Below, piece after piece: positions 35,481-48,000 of a DNA stretch of 64,000 bases. Origin of the DNA: Malacoraja senta (lineage: Eukaryota). A model generated the notes under the pieces. The model was not told the DNA's origin, did not search any database, and was given only the letters and a program-made list of their open reading frames with translations. The position numbers were made by a program, and so were the translations under genes. Location: positions 61,132,001 through 61,196,000 of the forward strand of contig CM075982.1 in NCBI GenBank assembly GCA_038087875.1, given 5' to 3'. The stretch's first letter is position 1; each line of letters begins with the position of its first letter.

Positions 35481-37379
35481 TTTATTTTCTCTTTTACACC
35501 CATTTCTCCTGTCGTCATTTAAAAATAGACCAGTGCCCACCCCCCACCCACCCACCATGTCTTATACACAATGGCAATACTTGAATCATTCAGAACAAAG
35601 TATTTCTTCCCAAAATTAGCAGCCTCAAATCACCTCCCACCATTTCCATCTGGGGCACAGTTTAATAAGGTTCTGCATCAGCCCCAAGAGCTATTCCTCT
35701 TGTATTAAAATGGTCTGGCATGAGTGTATCAAGCAAATCAGGATCTTATCCTCCCTCATCTAACGCTCTCACACATTCACCATAAGGGGGTGCAAGCTAG
35801 CAAGATCAGAAAAGAGGCAAAATGTTTAAACCTGGCATTTTCGTGGATAGTATGGCAAAATTAACTGACCAGGTCACAAGAGATATAGAGTGTCAATTTA
35901 CTGATGTATTTAGAATATACACATACGCTGTTTCATTACGCTGTTCCACATCATCTAGGATACCAGACTATACATAATGAGTTGTTTCTAAATGATGTAA
36001 CAGAAATGAAAACTGAAGTAATAGAATTACAATAAGAAAAATTAATTACTCTGGTCCAATCCATCCAATACTATCAGCTACCTATTAGTTGCTTCCGATG
36101 AATAGTTCATTTAAAATTTCAGCCATCTTCAGATTAGAAAAAGTTGTAAATGTGCCTCCTCTTTGGCTAAAGGACGAAGATTGTAACTAAAATTCTCTCC
36201 ACTACTCCCCACTCTGAACCAGTTTACAAGGCTGCAGCAAGTAAGAATGTCATTGTTCTAGTCCCAGTGCATGACAATTAAACACTCTTGACTGGAATAT
36301 TTGGCATGTTCACTTTCATCTATTGTCAAAGGATTTCTGATAGCTTTAAAGCAATTCCAATGAAGTATCTGAATTAAAATCCTAATACTTTTGTTGAAGC
36401 ATGGATGACAAAGGCCATTGATACTGTAATAAAATACTGTGGGCAGCCCTATAGCATTTTAAATAGGTCATCAGCCTCTGCAGTTCTTTTTCCAAGACAT
36501 GGCTTGTACATTATAGCATTCAATAGAGTCCTTTCTGTGATTCACCACAAACGCAGAAACAGGGTGAAGAAAACAAACTGCGTGGAACAGTGCCTGATTT
36601 AAATGGAGAACATTGCACACAAGGATAGGATTTTAAAAAAACAAATAACAGTATGCATATTATTACAGTTTATTCTAGAAACGAGAATAGTTTCTTAAGC
36701 TTACACTGACTTGTGCTCAATGGCAAGGTACTTGCTCTAACATTTAGTAAGATATTGACAAAGCAACTCAAATCTTCTTTTCCATCTGATTCCCACCACG
36801 TTATTCCCTTTATCATTCACATTATTCCCTTTATCATGTATCTGTACATTTCGATGGCTCGATAGTAATCGTGTACTGTCTTTAACAAGTTTTTCATTAT
36901 ACCCGGTACACGTGACAATAAACTAAACTCAAACTTCAAATATCTGCCTGTCGCAGCTCCAAGGGAGCATTTGCAACCTTTTAGCTAAAAGAATTCTGAA
37001 GACTTGTGGACACATTTGTGCTCATCTCAAATAGTCCCTAAAGCTGCTCATGAAACAATCTCTAGTCTGGCAAAACAGCCTCAACAATCCTCCTCACAAC
37101 CTTTGAGATCAGCCATTATTCCTCTGATCTCTCTTCAATGTTGACCAAATTTGCACTATTCTTAGACCAACCCACTCATAGCAGAAATCAATCCAGCCTG
37201 GGTTCACCAATTCAGAAGGAAAAAAAATCCTGTGTTCGTCTAGATCACCAAAACTACAGGATTTCTGGGTGTGTTATTATCAACATGACCCTATTAAATC
37301 AGACTTCTGAGCTTTTATACTCTGCCTCTGTTGCAATGATTACCAACACATTATTCACCTAATTGCTTCATATTTGACA

Positions 37380-38000
37380 TTCAACATTCCATGAATCAGC
37401 ACAAGATTCTTCCACCAACATTAACATCTTACTACTTTTCTCTTCTTCCTGCAATGATTAACCTTGCATCTGCCCACATTATATTTTGTCTGCCACCATT
37501 TAATCCAACAGCAAATTTCACAATTTGTTCTCCCATCAGACTTCATACTATCTAAACTAGATACATAACATTGTCCTTTAATTATAAATAAGATTAATGT
37601 ATAAACCGCAAATGGCTCCACACGAGTGGTTGTGACATTCCACTAACCTAAAAAATACGCTTAGTTTCCAGTTTTCTGTCCTTCAGTATTACCTCCCAAC
37701 ACCATGAACTGCTATTTCATCAACCTTTGATACGGTATCTTATCAAATGCCTTCTGAAAATTCAGACATACTACTATTCACTGGCTCCCTCTTATCAACT
37801 AGTAAAGCTTTACAATTTGGCAAGAACAATTTTCCCTTTCATTATACAAAGTTAAATCAACCCAAAGCATTCTATTTAAATGCTCTATTAGCAGATATTA
37901 AATAATAGATTCCTGAATTTTCGCATACTAATTTACTAGCCAATAGATTTTTCTTTCTCTGTTCCTCCTTTTTTGAACAACAGTGGCACACTCAAGTTGC
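37380..38000 (-). mobile_element. Old CR1 LINE fragment
   Basis: ORF 37421..37621 contains WQTKYNVGRCKVNH; ttttcagaaggcatttgataagatacc (FQKAFDKIP-like) on the minus strand near 37735-37762. Confidence 0.6.
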
Positions 38001-39511
38001 AATCAGCTGAAGATGGTCCAGGGAATTTTTATTTATCATTAATGTATCAGCAGGCAGATAATGCCTAAATAAGAGTTGTGCAGCAACCGGAATTGAATGA
38101 AACCAAAATGGAAACTATTATTTACACTTATAACCCCCCCCCCCTTCTCATGGCACTGAGTGCTGCCATGAGGTGGATTGTGATCAAAATGTTTAACCCA
38201 AAAGAAAAAAGTATTACCTGCAAAACATACTTGGATGTCAATTTGTCAAGTGTTCTTGATGTTAATGACCAACATTCAGTGATGTCGTCAAGTACTTGCA
38301 TCAAAGTCCACTGACAATTCAAATTGCAGTCAGAAATGTTCCCAGAGTTTTAAAACATAACTAAATCAGATAAGAATGATATAGACGACCTCTACGTTAC
38401 CAACATTAGGGTAAATAGACATTCGTCCTCGCAGAATTCACAAATCACTACCCAAAATTTGAGATAAGGAATAAAATTTACCCGTGGAGTTTGTTAAAAG
38501 TAAATACATTTTTTCTTCTTGCAATCGTAGATGACGCAGCTTTGTGTTATGGATAATAGCAAAGCAGATCATTTGAGGAACATAACCACCATCCCAACAG
38601 TAGTGGTCACCTGTATTGTAATTGACTATATCGCAAGCTTCCAGACTCGGGTTGTGTCAACTTTATTTGCCAAACTATGAAATTGTCAACATAATGAACT
38701 TTAAAATGGTACAGGTTCTCACAGAGAACTTTATTTGAACCACCAGCTTGTAGCAAAACGTTTGGAATTGTAAGCCAAATGAAGTCCCTCTAGTGATGGA
38801 AAACAAAAACTGCAATGGTAAACCAACATTTAGTAAATTGTTCATATGCTGAAAATGTTCACTTCTACATTACTGTCCAACTATAGTCAACGAACCAAGG
38901 CAGGCATGTCATGAAGATCATTTTTGTAATATTAGCAATAATTTGCATGGAATAGCCTCTTTCTTTCCAACAGATTTCTTCCAAACTATTATTTGTCCAA
39001 TGATAAGTCTGCATATAGGCTTAAACAGCATGACTATCCTCACATTTTTATACATCTCTCAAGGGTCCTATTATTTCAAGCGAGCATTCAACAATAAGGC
39101 AAAGGTATGGGGGATATTTTGTGAAGCAGAATACTGTAACTGTACAGGTTATTGAGCATTTCGTTCATTGCAAGGATTTTACTCAGAATGCCTGGACCAC
39201 CAACAAATATTTAAACACCTGTTATAATTATCCAGTTATGGAATATAGGCATCTTGGGCAAAGCTAACCTTCCTTTCCCATTGCCAAATACACTCGAACT
39301 TGAGGCTGACCCACCTCAAATCACTGCAATCCTCCTGGTACTGATAACCTATTGTGTTTGTCACCTTTACCATTGGTTGTGGAGTTCCAGAATTTAAAGA
39401 AAGTGATGGCAAATGACTGGATATTTTTAAAGTAACAAAGCTGTGGACTATTTAGAAGGCAGGGAATTACAGTTGGTAACACTTCCAAATGCAAGAGGGA
39501 CAAGTGTTTAA

Positions 39512-39823
39512 CAGGTGGTATGGTGGAACAGCGGTAGAGTTGCTGCCTTAAAGCGCCAGAGACCCGAGTTCGATCCTGACTATGGGTGCTGTTTTTACAG
39601 AGTTTGTACGTTCTCCCTGTGACTGCGGGGGGGATGGGTTTCCCCGGGTGCTCCGGTTTCCTCCCACACTCCAAAGACGTACAGGTTTGTAGGTTAAATG
39701 GCTTTGATAAAGATTGCAAATTGTCCCTAGTGTGTAGGATAGTCCTAGTGTATGGAGATCGCTGGTCGGCACGGACTCAGTGGGTTGAGGAACCTGTTTC
39801 CCAGCTGTATTTCTAAACTAAAC
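39512..39823 (+). mobile_element. HE1/V-SINE-type SINE
   Basis: B box GAGTTCGATCC, V-domain and tail ctaaactaaact. Confidence 0.9.
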
Positions 39824-39870
39824 TGCTGTCAAAGAGCAGCCTAGGCAAGCAAGGGCAATGCATTATATAG

Positions 39871-39985
39871 TCTGAAGAAGGATCTAGACCCGAAACATCG
39901 CCTATTCCTTCTCTCCATAGATGCTGGGTTCCTCCAGCATTTTTGTCTACCTTCGATTTTTCCAGCATCTGCAGTTCTTTCTTAA
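39871..39985 (+). mobile_element. Penelope-like hammerhead element, single arm starting at the core
   Basis: Starts TCTGAAGAAGGATCTAGACCCGAAACATC. TSD GCATTATATAG (39860-39870) and GCATTTTATAG (39986-39996). Confidence 0.75.
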
Positions 39986-41019
39986 GCATTTTATAGATGG
40001 TCTGTTAACTGGTGCACATTACCACAGTGGTGGAGGGAGTGAAATGTTTAGAGTAACAGATGAGGAGACAATGAAGCTTCAAGTGTTATTGCAGCTGCAT
40101 TCATCCACACAAATGGAGAGCATTTCACCATATTTATGACCTGTGCCTGAGAAAAGGTGAAAAGTTATTGGAAAGTGCAATTTTGATTCTGAATCAGGAA
40201 GGTGAACCCAAAGACTGCAGGAGAGGGAGGGACTCAACAAGGATGATGTTGAACCAATACTTTACTTTCACTGAGTTCCCACACCCTTCTGCTGGGAAAA
40301 GAAAACTTTTCAAAATTGTAGCATAATGATCATGAATCAATTTTGCTTTAGGAAAAGACAAGTACCGTACATCGGCCTCTGTATCCTGCGAGTATCCGAA
40401 TAGCAAGTGACTAATACAACTGAAAGTGCTTCAGGATTGAGATGTGTTAGTGCCACATTCCACAAGAGGCACCAGAACCACACACTGCCCCTCCCACCAA
40501 AAAAAATTGCAAACATAATTCAACGATCTAAACCACTTTTTAAATTAAATGATCCAAAGGGAGCAATAAAAGAATGCATAGAATCTAATAAGACTTTCAA
40601 ATTAAAACTGACAGGTTTATGATTAGCTGGCAAAGCAGCACCCCTTCACAAACAAAACCATCCATTCAGTATAAACGATTAAGCCACATGTTGCACAGAC
40701 CACCATTAGGCCCATCACGTGTCTATCTTTTGTTTAAGTAACTCAAAACTTACTCCATAATTTTGCTCTAACTTCTCTTTTGCTTAGAAAAGTGCCAAAT
40801 TTCCTGGAAGAGATTCAATAGCCCCCGCCTCAAAATGCAAATTCATCTTTCAGACTCTATTCAGGGTCATTTGCTCCTTTATTGAGATGTTACCATTAAT
40901 GGCTTGTAGCGTTAGGCAATAAACATGAAAATAAACTTGATGGTTTCGTACAAAGTTGCTACAAGTGACTTTACATAAATGAACCCAAGAATCTACACTG
41001 AGATTGGGCCAAGAAAGCC

Positions 41020-41520
41020 TCTAGTAGTCAACATAATCAAGAACTGTTCACACTCACTCCTCCCTCACTCCCCCCCCCCCCCCCCCCTTCACCATCAACC
41101 AATAGATACAAAGGCTTGGAAAACCTTATAATACCAAATGCAAGTTAGACACAAAATGTTGGAGAAGCTCAGCATCTCTGTAAAAAAGGAATGGGTGACC
41201 TTTCAGGTTGAGACCCTTCTTCAGACAGAGTCAGGGGAAAATGAAATAGAGATGTAGATGGTGAAATGAATGAAAACAAGAACAGCTTCTTCCCAACGGT
41301 TACCACGGAGCTCTCTTACACAAAGGACATATTCGTGATCTCTCAATCCAACTTGTTAGCACTTAAAAAACAAACATTATCTGACTCCACATCTGTAACA
41401 CTATATTCTGCAATCTGTTTCCTTTCCATTTTGCACTACTTGTTATACTCATGTCTGATATGATTTCCCTCGATATCATGCAAAACAAACATTTTCCACT
41501 GCACCTTTGTACAGGTATTG
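41020..41520 (+). mobile_element. Degenerate Rex-type LINE 3' fragment interrupted by a Penelope-like element
   Basis: accatcaaccaatagatacaaaggcttg...caagaacagcttcttcccaac...attttccactgcacc tail. Confidence 0.55.
41145..41265 (-). mobile_element. Penelope-like element arm with extra upstream body sequence
   Basis: Minus strand ...ttcccctgactctGTCTGAAGAAGGGTCTCAACCTGAAAGGTCACCCATTCC... Confidence 0.7.
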
Positions 41521-41607
41521 GTTTATCATTGCCATAAGTTGTATAATTCTCACGCACTGCAGACCAGAGTTCGGGGGCATTAGCACCCCTAGCAGAGAGA
41601 AAATAAA

Positions 41608-41779
41608 GATAGACAAAAATGCTGGAGAAACTCAGCGGGTGAGGCAGCATCTATGGAGCGAAGGAATAGGCGCCATTTCGTCAACTATTCCTTCGTTCCA
41701 TAGATGCTGCCTCACCCGCTGAGTTTCTCCAGCATTTTTTTTATATCTTCTATTTATCCAGCATCTGCAGTTCTTTCTT
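41608..41779. mobile_element. Fold-back palindromic Penelope-like element, centre (both cores) deleted
   Basis: Inverted arms of about 60 bp. Perfect 14-bp TSD AGAGAGAAAATAAA (41594-41607 and 41780-41793). Confidence 0.8.
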
Positions 41780-42788
41780 AGAGAGAAAATAAATATCAGC
41801 TTTACCCATTTACAACACAACCAGCAGTGGCAGCCCGGGGAATTTTAAAAGCACCATTACCAAAACAATTTAAATAACCATCTTATAAAATGGAAACAGC
41901 CACAGCTGAAAATATTCTGAAATTTGAAACACAAGACCAAGAATAGGTCATTTAACCCCTTGAGCCTGTCCTGCCACTATATTATAAAATGGCCAATCTG
42001 TCTCTAACTTTATATTTGCCTTTGTTCCACATTACCCAATTTATATTGCTACCCAATGGAATTAATGCAGAATTAACTGATCCAGCATCAGCTGCATTTC
42101 ATGAAAGGGCGTTCCAAATTTCTACCACCACATGTGTTCAAATCTAATCGAATCCAATTCATTTGCATGATAAGTGAAAATTATCTTGTGAATATATCCT
42201 TTCTTGAATGAATAGATTGTTTATTATAAAAACAAAAATCAAAATCACGTTGAATAAAAGGCGATGATGAAACTGGTTTAGATATGCTGCTTGTCGCAAT
42301 TTAATGAATCCTTATTTTCTAAACGAAACTAGCATTTCAACTTGCTCACGAAATGTTTATTTTTCACAAAAATTAGTACATCTTTCAAACAATATGGTAA
42401 AAATCAAATTAAAAGAAAATCAAATCAGAACAGCCAACCGCTTCAAGAAAATACACCATAGAATAACCTAAATACATTTGTATATTATTAGATTTATACA
42501 TTACAAAGTCATCTTTGCAACACCTTTCAACATATTTAGCACTGGCAATGTGGAGAAGAACTCCATTTGTCTGGAAACAGTACAAGTTTCCTCAGCAATC
42601 TCATTTCTACATGGATGGATCCCAGGTATAACATCAATTTCAAATCACATTTGGAATTCTGATGAAATAAACAAAAATGTTAACTCCTACCACATCTGCT
42701 GTAAATCAGTTTAAAAAAAACCATGACAGATCAGGAAGTAACAACAAAATTCTGGTATGAATCCCTTAACATGACACAAGTCAACATT

Positions 42789-42878
42789 CTGAAGAAAGAT
42801 TTCGGCCCGAAACGTTCCCTTTTTCCTTCGCTCCATAGATGCTGCCTCACCCGCTGCGTTTTTCCAGCATTTTTGTCT
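42789..42878 (+). mobile_element. Penelope-like hammerhead element, single arm starting exactly at CTGAAGA
   Basis: Perfect 13-bp TSD ACAAGTCAACATT (42776-42788 and 42879-42891). Confidence 0.8.
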
Positions 42879-43699
42879 ACAAGTCAACATTTAATTTGTT
42901 TATTTCCTCAATGGATTTTGGTTTCCCTACTGGACGGAATTTTTTATTAACTTCATGAAAGAAAGATTTTTTGTTCTGCAAGAGAAAATACCTGAATTGT
43001 TTTGTACATTTCTTTATACGAGTGATCAATATAAAAGAATAGTTGTCTTATTTCCAAGCAACCTTTATATCTTCAGAGTTCTGTATGGGCAAATGTGTAC
43101 TACATGGTGCATATGCCATTGATTGTACAAACACAGTACAAACTACCAGATGAGCCATACACAAGTTTCTAAAGTTTGAAACATTAAAAAGCCTCAAGAG
43201 TGTTGAACAAAAGCTAGGCTTTTGCCCAAATGCAGCTCCAGTGTCAGACTTCACAGCTGGAGTGGAGTTTAAAAAAAGTCACATCACGTTGTTATGTTTA
43301 CAATGGGAGCACATTCGAGACTGGACTCAGACCCGTCATTTGTGGATTGAAACAGAAGCTATGGGTAAAGTAAACTTTTTTTTTGAGAGGAGCTTTTGGT
43401 ATGATCTGATAGTAAGATGTCCCCACAGGCAGACAAAACAACTAAGAGAACACAGAAAAGACAGGTTCATCATCTTAGATCCACAACACTACTCAAGCTG
43501 GGAATTCTTGAGAGACTTGCTAGATCCAAAACTGTGGTATCGAGGGAGAAGTGTCAGCAGAGGTAATTGTGAAATTGGAAGGGGACAAAAAATTGGACCA
43601 AAAGTCACATTGCAAGAAGGAATGTAAAGAAAACAAATAACTTTGCTGCAGTGCAGTGAGAAAGGATCAGGAACTCATACTAGGGAGTGGTGGAAACAA

Positions 43700-44395
43700 T
43701 AGAATCAAGTCAAATAAGAATAGTAGATATACTGTAAATGGCAGGATGCTAAGGATTGTTGATGAACAGAGCTAGTTCAAGTCCACATTTCCCAGAAATT
43801 TTCAGCACAGGTAGATGGCGAAGATGGCATATGGCATGTTGGGAAAACATGTTGCACGTTTAGAAGATATGCATTTAGGAGTATTATTGTAATTCCAGCC
43901 ACCACAATAGAAAGGACATGTTGCATTGACAACGTGTAGAGGAGATTCAACAGAATGTGCAAATTAGACGTCTTTAGTTACGGGGAGTGATTGGATGGAC
44001 TGGATTTAGTTTCTCTGGTGCATAGGAGTGATCTGAGAGGTATACGCATTGAGTAGACAAGTCAGAATTGGGCAGATAAGTCAGAAATTCTCCCCAACTC
44101 CCTTCCAGTGATATGGATATCAAAAACAAATGGGCACAGGTTTAAGGTGAGGTAAAGGAAGTTAAGAGGATTTGTGGGGAAATGTACTTTATCAAAAAGT
44201 TATTGATAACTGGGACATGCAACCAGAGGTGGTGTTGGAATCAGATAGCTTTCGAAAACATTTAGAGAGGAACTTAAAGCAAAGCATAGAAAGATACAGA
44301 TCGAGTACAAGCAAATGGAATGAGTGTAGATGGATGGACCAAACAGCCTGCATGGACATAGTGGGGAAGGCAGCCCACTTTAGTGCACTACTCTG
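43700..44395 (+). mobile_element. Degenerate CR1 LINE fragment
   Basis: tagaaaggacatg...gtagaggagattcaacagaatg...gggcacaggtttaaggtgag...; ORF 44172..44444 resembles the CR1 C-terminus. Confidence 0.7.
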
Positions 44396-44411
44396 CATTC
44401 CGGGAGAGACA

Positions 44412-44617
44412 GCAGAGGCTGGTTTACAATTAAAAAGACACTGAGTGCTGGAGTAACTCAGTAGGTCAGGTCGCAGCACTGGTAATATGGATAGGTGACA
44501 TTTCAGTTTGCGGCTCCTCTTCAGGCTGAGGAAGGGTCCCGACCCAAAACATCACCTATCCATGTCCTCTAGAGGTGCTGCCTGTCCCACCGAGTTACTC
44601 AAGCACTTTTGTGTCTT
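44412..44617. mobile_element. Decayed palindromic Penelope-like element
   Basis: agtgctggagtaactcag...cctcttcagg|ctgaggaagggtcccgacccaaaacatcacc...gagttactcaagcactttt. Confidence 0.7.
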
Positions 44618-44790
44618 GACTCTAGGAATTGGATAAATAATGTTTACTAGATCAAGAGCAACGGGACTGCAAAGACAAAGGAACCAGGGTGTCAGCACAT
44701 ACTTAATGGGCCAAATGGCCTTTTCAGGGTGTCAGGTATTTCTTTACTGCCTCTCGTCAAAGTGTCAATATGGAAAAGTGTGCCTGAGCT

Positions 44791-45095
44791 GGGCTAGCAC
44801 AGTGGCACAGCGGTAGAGTTCCTGTCTTCCAGCCCCCAAGACCCGGGTTCGATCCCGACTACGAGGGGGTGGGGGGTGCTGTCTGTTTGGAGTTTGTATG
44901 TTCTCCCTGTGACCACATGGGCTTTCGCTGAGTGCTCCAGTTTCCACCCACATTGCAAAGACATGTAGCGTTGTAAATAAATTTGCTTCTGTAAATCACC
45001 CCTAGTGTGTAGGATGCAAAACTGGGATAACATGTATGGGTGATCATTGGTCGGTGCAGAGCCTGTTTCCATGCTGTATCTCTAAATTAAACTAA
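44791..45095 (+). mobile_element. HE1/V-SINE-type SINE
   Basis: A box AGTGGCACAGCGG, B box GGGTTCGATCCC, V-domain and tail ctctaaattaaactaaa. Confidence 0.85.
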
Positions 45096-48000
45096 AAGTA
45101 AACAATGAGAGGGGATTTGTGTTGAAACCTTACCTTAATTAAAGTGCCAAGTGTTTAGTAGGGGATAATTGAAAGTAATTTCTAAATACGCAATGCGGAG
45201 AATCGAAACATTACTTTGCTCTATTGACATGTAACATATGTTAGTTCTTCATAACTGATAGTAACATAGGGAGTAGTATATCTTGGAGGGCATTGATGCA
45301 TGCTTTCATGTTACCATACAGATTTGAAATATTGCCAAAAAATCCAATCCCAAGGGTTTAGTGAGCATCTTATTTCATCTGAAGAATGCAATTAACTTAC
45401 AAGTTCAAATTGGAAAAAAAACCTGCTTTTATATTGGCTCAATGTTAATGCATATTATGACAGACCAAATACCTGCGGCACAGTTCTCAAGTTATGCCGT
45501 TAATCCAGTTGTCCATTCTCTCAGGTCTTCCAAAAGAAATGTGCACAAACACCAAGGTGCCACATTGATGACATCACCTTGGGAATCTGAATTACGACAG
45601 TCTCAATACAAAATCAACTAACAGACCAGTGTAATTATTAGGAGACAGGGCTACCACCCACACCCAACTCAAAAACATTTCACTGCTATCTTCAAATTGG
45701 TCAAGTGTTGAACAGACTGCGACTTCAGGTAATGAAATAAGCAAAACAGAACAAACAGCTGGAAGAGTTTTACATCACCGATGCATGGTAAATCGCTTGC
45801 ACTCCACCAAAGATTATTGCAATCTATAATTTTATATATTAACCAAAAGGCAGTTCTGTTTTTATACATCTAAGAACACAGTAGTATGCAAAATTTAGCT
45901 CCCTAAGACAATTTGGTTTGTTTTATATTGAACAGAACATAATCCTATTGCTTTTTAAGAAAAAAAAAACTGCAATGATGGTACCCAAAAGCTAGTAAAG
46001 GAAATTTAAAAAAAATGTCTTTCTGATGTACCAATGGTGTTACTATTAAAGTGTGAAAAAAATGACCAAATAACCTGGGATGCAAATATGCCAAGATTTT
46101 TTTTCCACAAGACTTTTTAAAACAAGGTCTAGAAAGAAATGTATAACCCAAATTATATAATATTCAAATTGATACACAAATTACACCAATGGACCCCAAA
46201 CTATTTTATGTAAATTAAAAGTCGCATCAGTACTTATTCATCTCAAACCCTTTAATTCATTTTGTGAGCTCTATTTCACACACTAGGCACAAGTTTGAAC
46301 ATCTTTTTCCAAATGAACGCTGGAATGGACTGCATGCAAACAATACTGTTTCTGCACCCACATCATTTACAAAAATAGGAGTAGCTTACAACTCAAAGCC
46401 AGCCATGCCTCCAGTGCTCCTATGTCGTTGAAGGAAGTCCCTACACACACTGTAATGGCTGATTAAACATTACAGTTGCTGTCAGTATTTCGGGCTTGCA
46501 CAATCAGGGGTTTACTCAAGAGATATAGAAAATAGTATTTATTAGGTAGGCAACTGAAAATGCTAAAATAAAATCTGACAAAAGATTACAATTTGAATAA
46601 ATCCAGATCAATTTTTAAAGGTATTGAGGAACAGGCAGAGTTATGCAACAGTTAATAGCTAATCTGATAATTGGTACATAGCCTTCAGAAAGGGAAGGTT
46701 CTATCACCCATCTACTATTTAAAGTAAAACCTAAAGTATCACCCTAAATTTCACTGACTAAAAGCTATTATCTTTCTAAAATTATGCTACTTTAAAACTG
46801 AGCTTTTAAGCATAAACATTGAATTGTGAATTATCATATTAATATTTAATACCATTGCCCCCAACTGTTCACAATTTTTTTTAACTACTTAAGTATCAGT
46901 ATCCAAAGGTAACTGGCCAATATTGTGAAACATTCAAGGTAATTATTTCACAAATGGAGACACTGAAGTACCCATCACACCTCAAATAAGAACACTTGAA
47001 ATTACCAATCAAATTTCAACAAATTCATATTTCCCCAACTTAATTTTCTGGACCTTCCAAACATAGATTGCACAAAAACTGTAAAACACTGAATCAATTT
47101 TGATGGTTCAATAGCAGGAAACTGTCTTCAATTTGCTTTCCCTAGCTCTTTGTCTTGCATTCTTTTCTTACAACACATTTATCACATATTTCTGAAGTGT
47201 TTGATTACTCAACTAGGGGTTAAGTTGGTTTTTCCATCTCCACACACTCTGATAACAGCATTACAACTAGGCAAGTGTTACACACCAAGGGGATGAAGGA
47301 TGAAATGAAAAAAATACCCAAGGCTGCCAATCCTCAACATTATGTTATTTAAGCTTCTGGAACCTCTCTCTCCAACTCAAACCGGGATTCACCACATGTT
47401 GCTGAAAAGTTACATTGAAATGTGGGAACTCTCATGCTCGCCCTTGTTAGAGCAGGCAAATTACTCTGTTCCATCATGGCCAGGCTTTCATATTTAAGTG
47501 GGGGTGGGGGTGTGAGGTGAAATCATGGATACAATTATAGAAGTAAATAGCTTTTAGCCAATGGAATACAGGGATGCGTAGTGGGCACAAAAACTCCTGC
47601 TTTAATGTGGGCGTAAAGGGTAAAAATAAATTGGGAAGTGTGATTTAGAGTCCCAGTTATAATCAACTAATCACGAGTTTGTATTATTCAGTACATGCAG
47701 TGCATTCAACAAGAGACACCAGGGATTACATTTATGCTTGAGCATTTCAATAGAGATAAATATAACTGGAAAGCACCAACAGGGAACTGTAAAGTGAGAA
47801 TGAAGTAAAAAACACATTGAAAAAGTGAGATAAATTAAATTATTATTATCCATAAGGATTTATAATATTAATTTTTGTGCCAAGTGAATAAGAACTCACA
47901 ATGATCTGTACACTTCGGCTCTGAATGCAAATTGAGAGAGTCTGAACTAGCTGTCAAACCCAGAGATATGAATGTTAATTTCATTTTGATTCCAAAGTTT

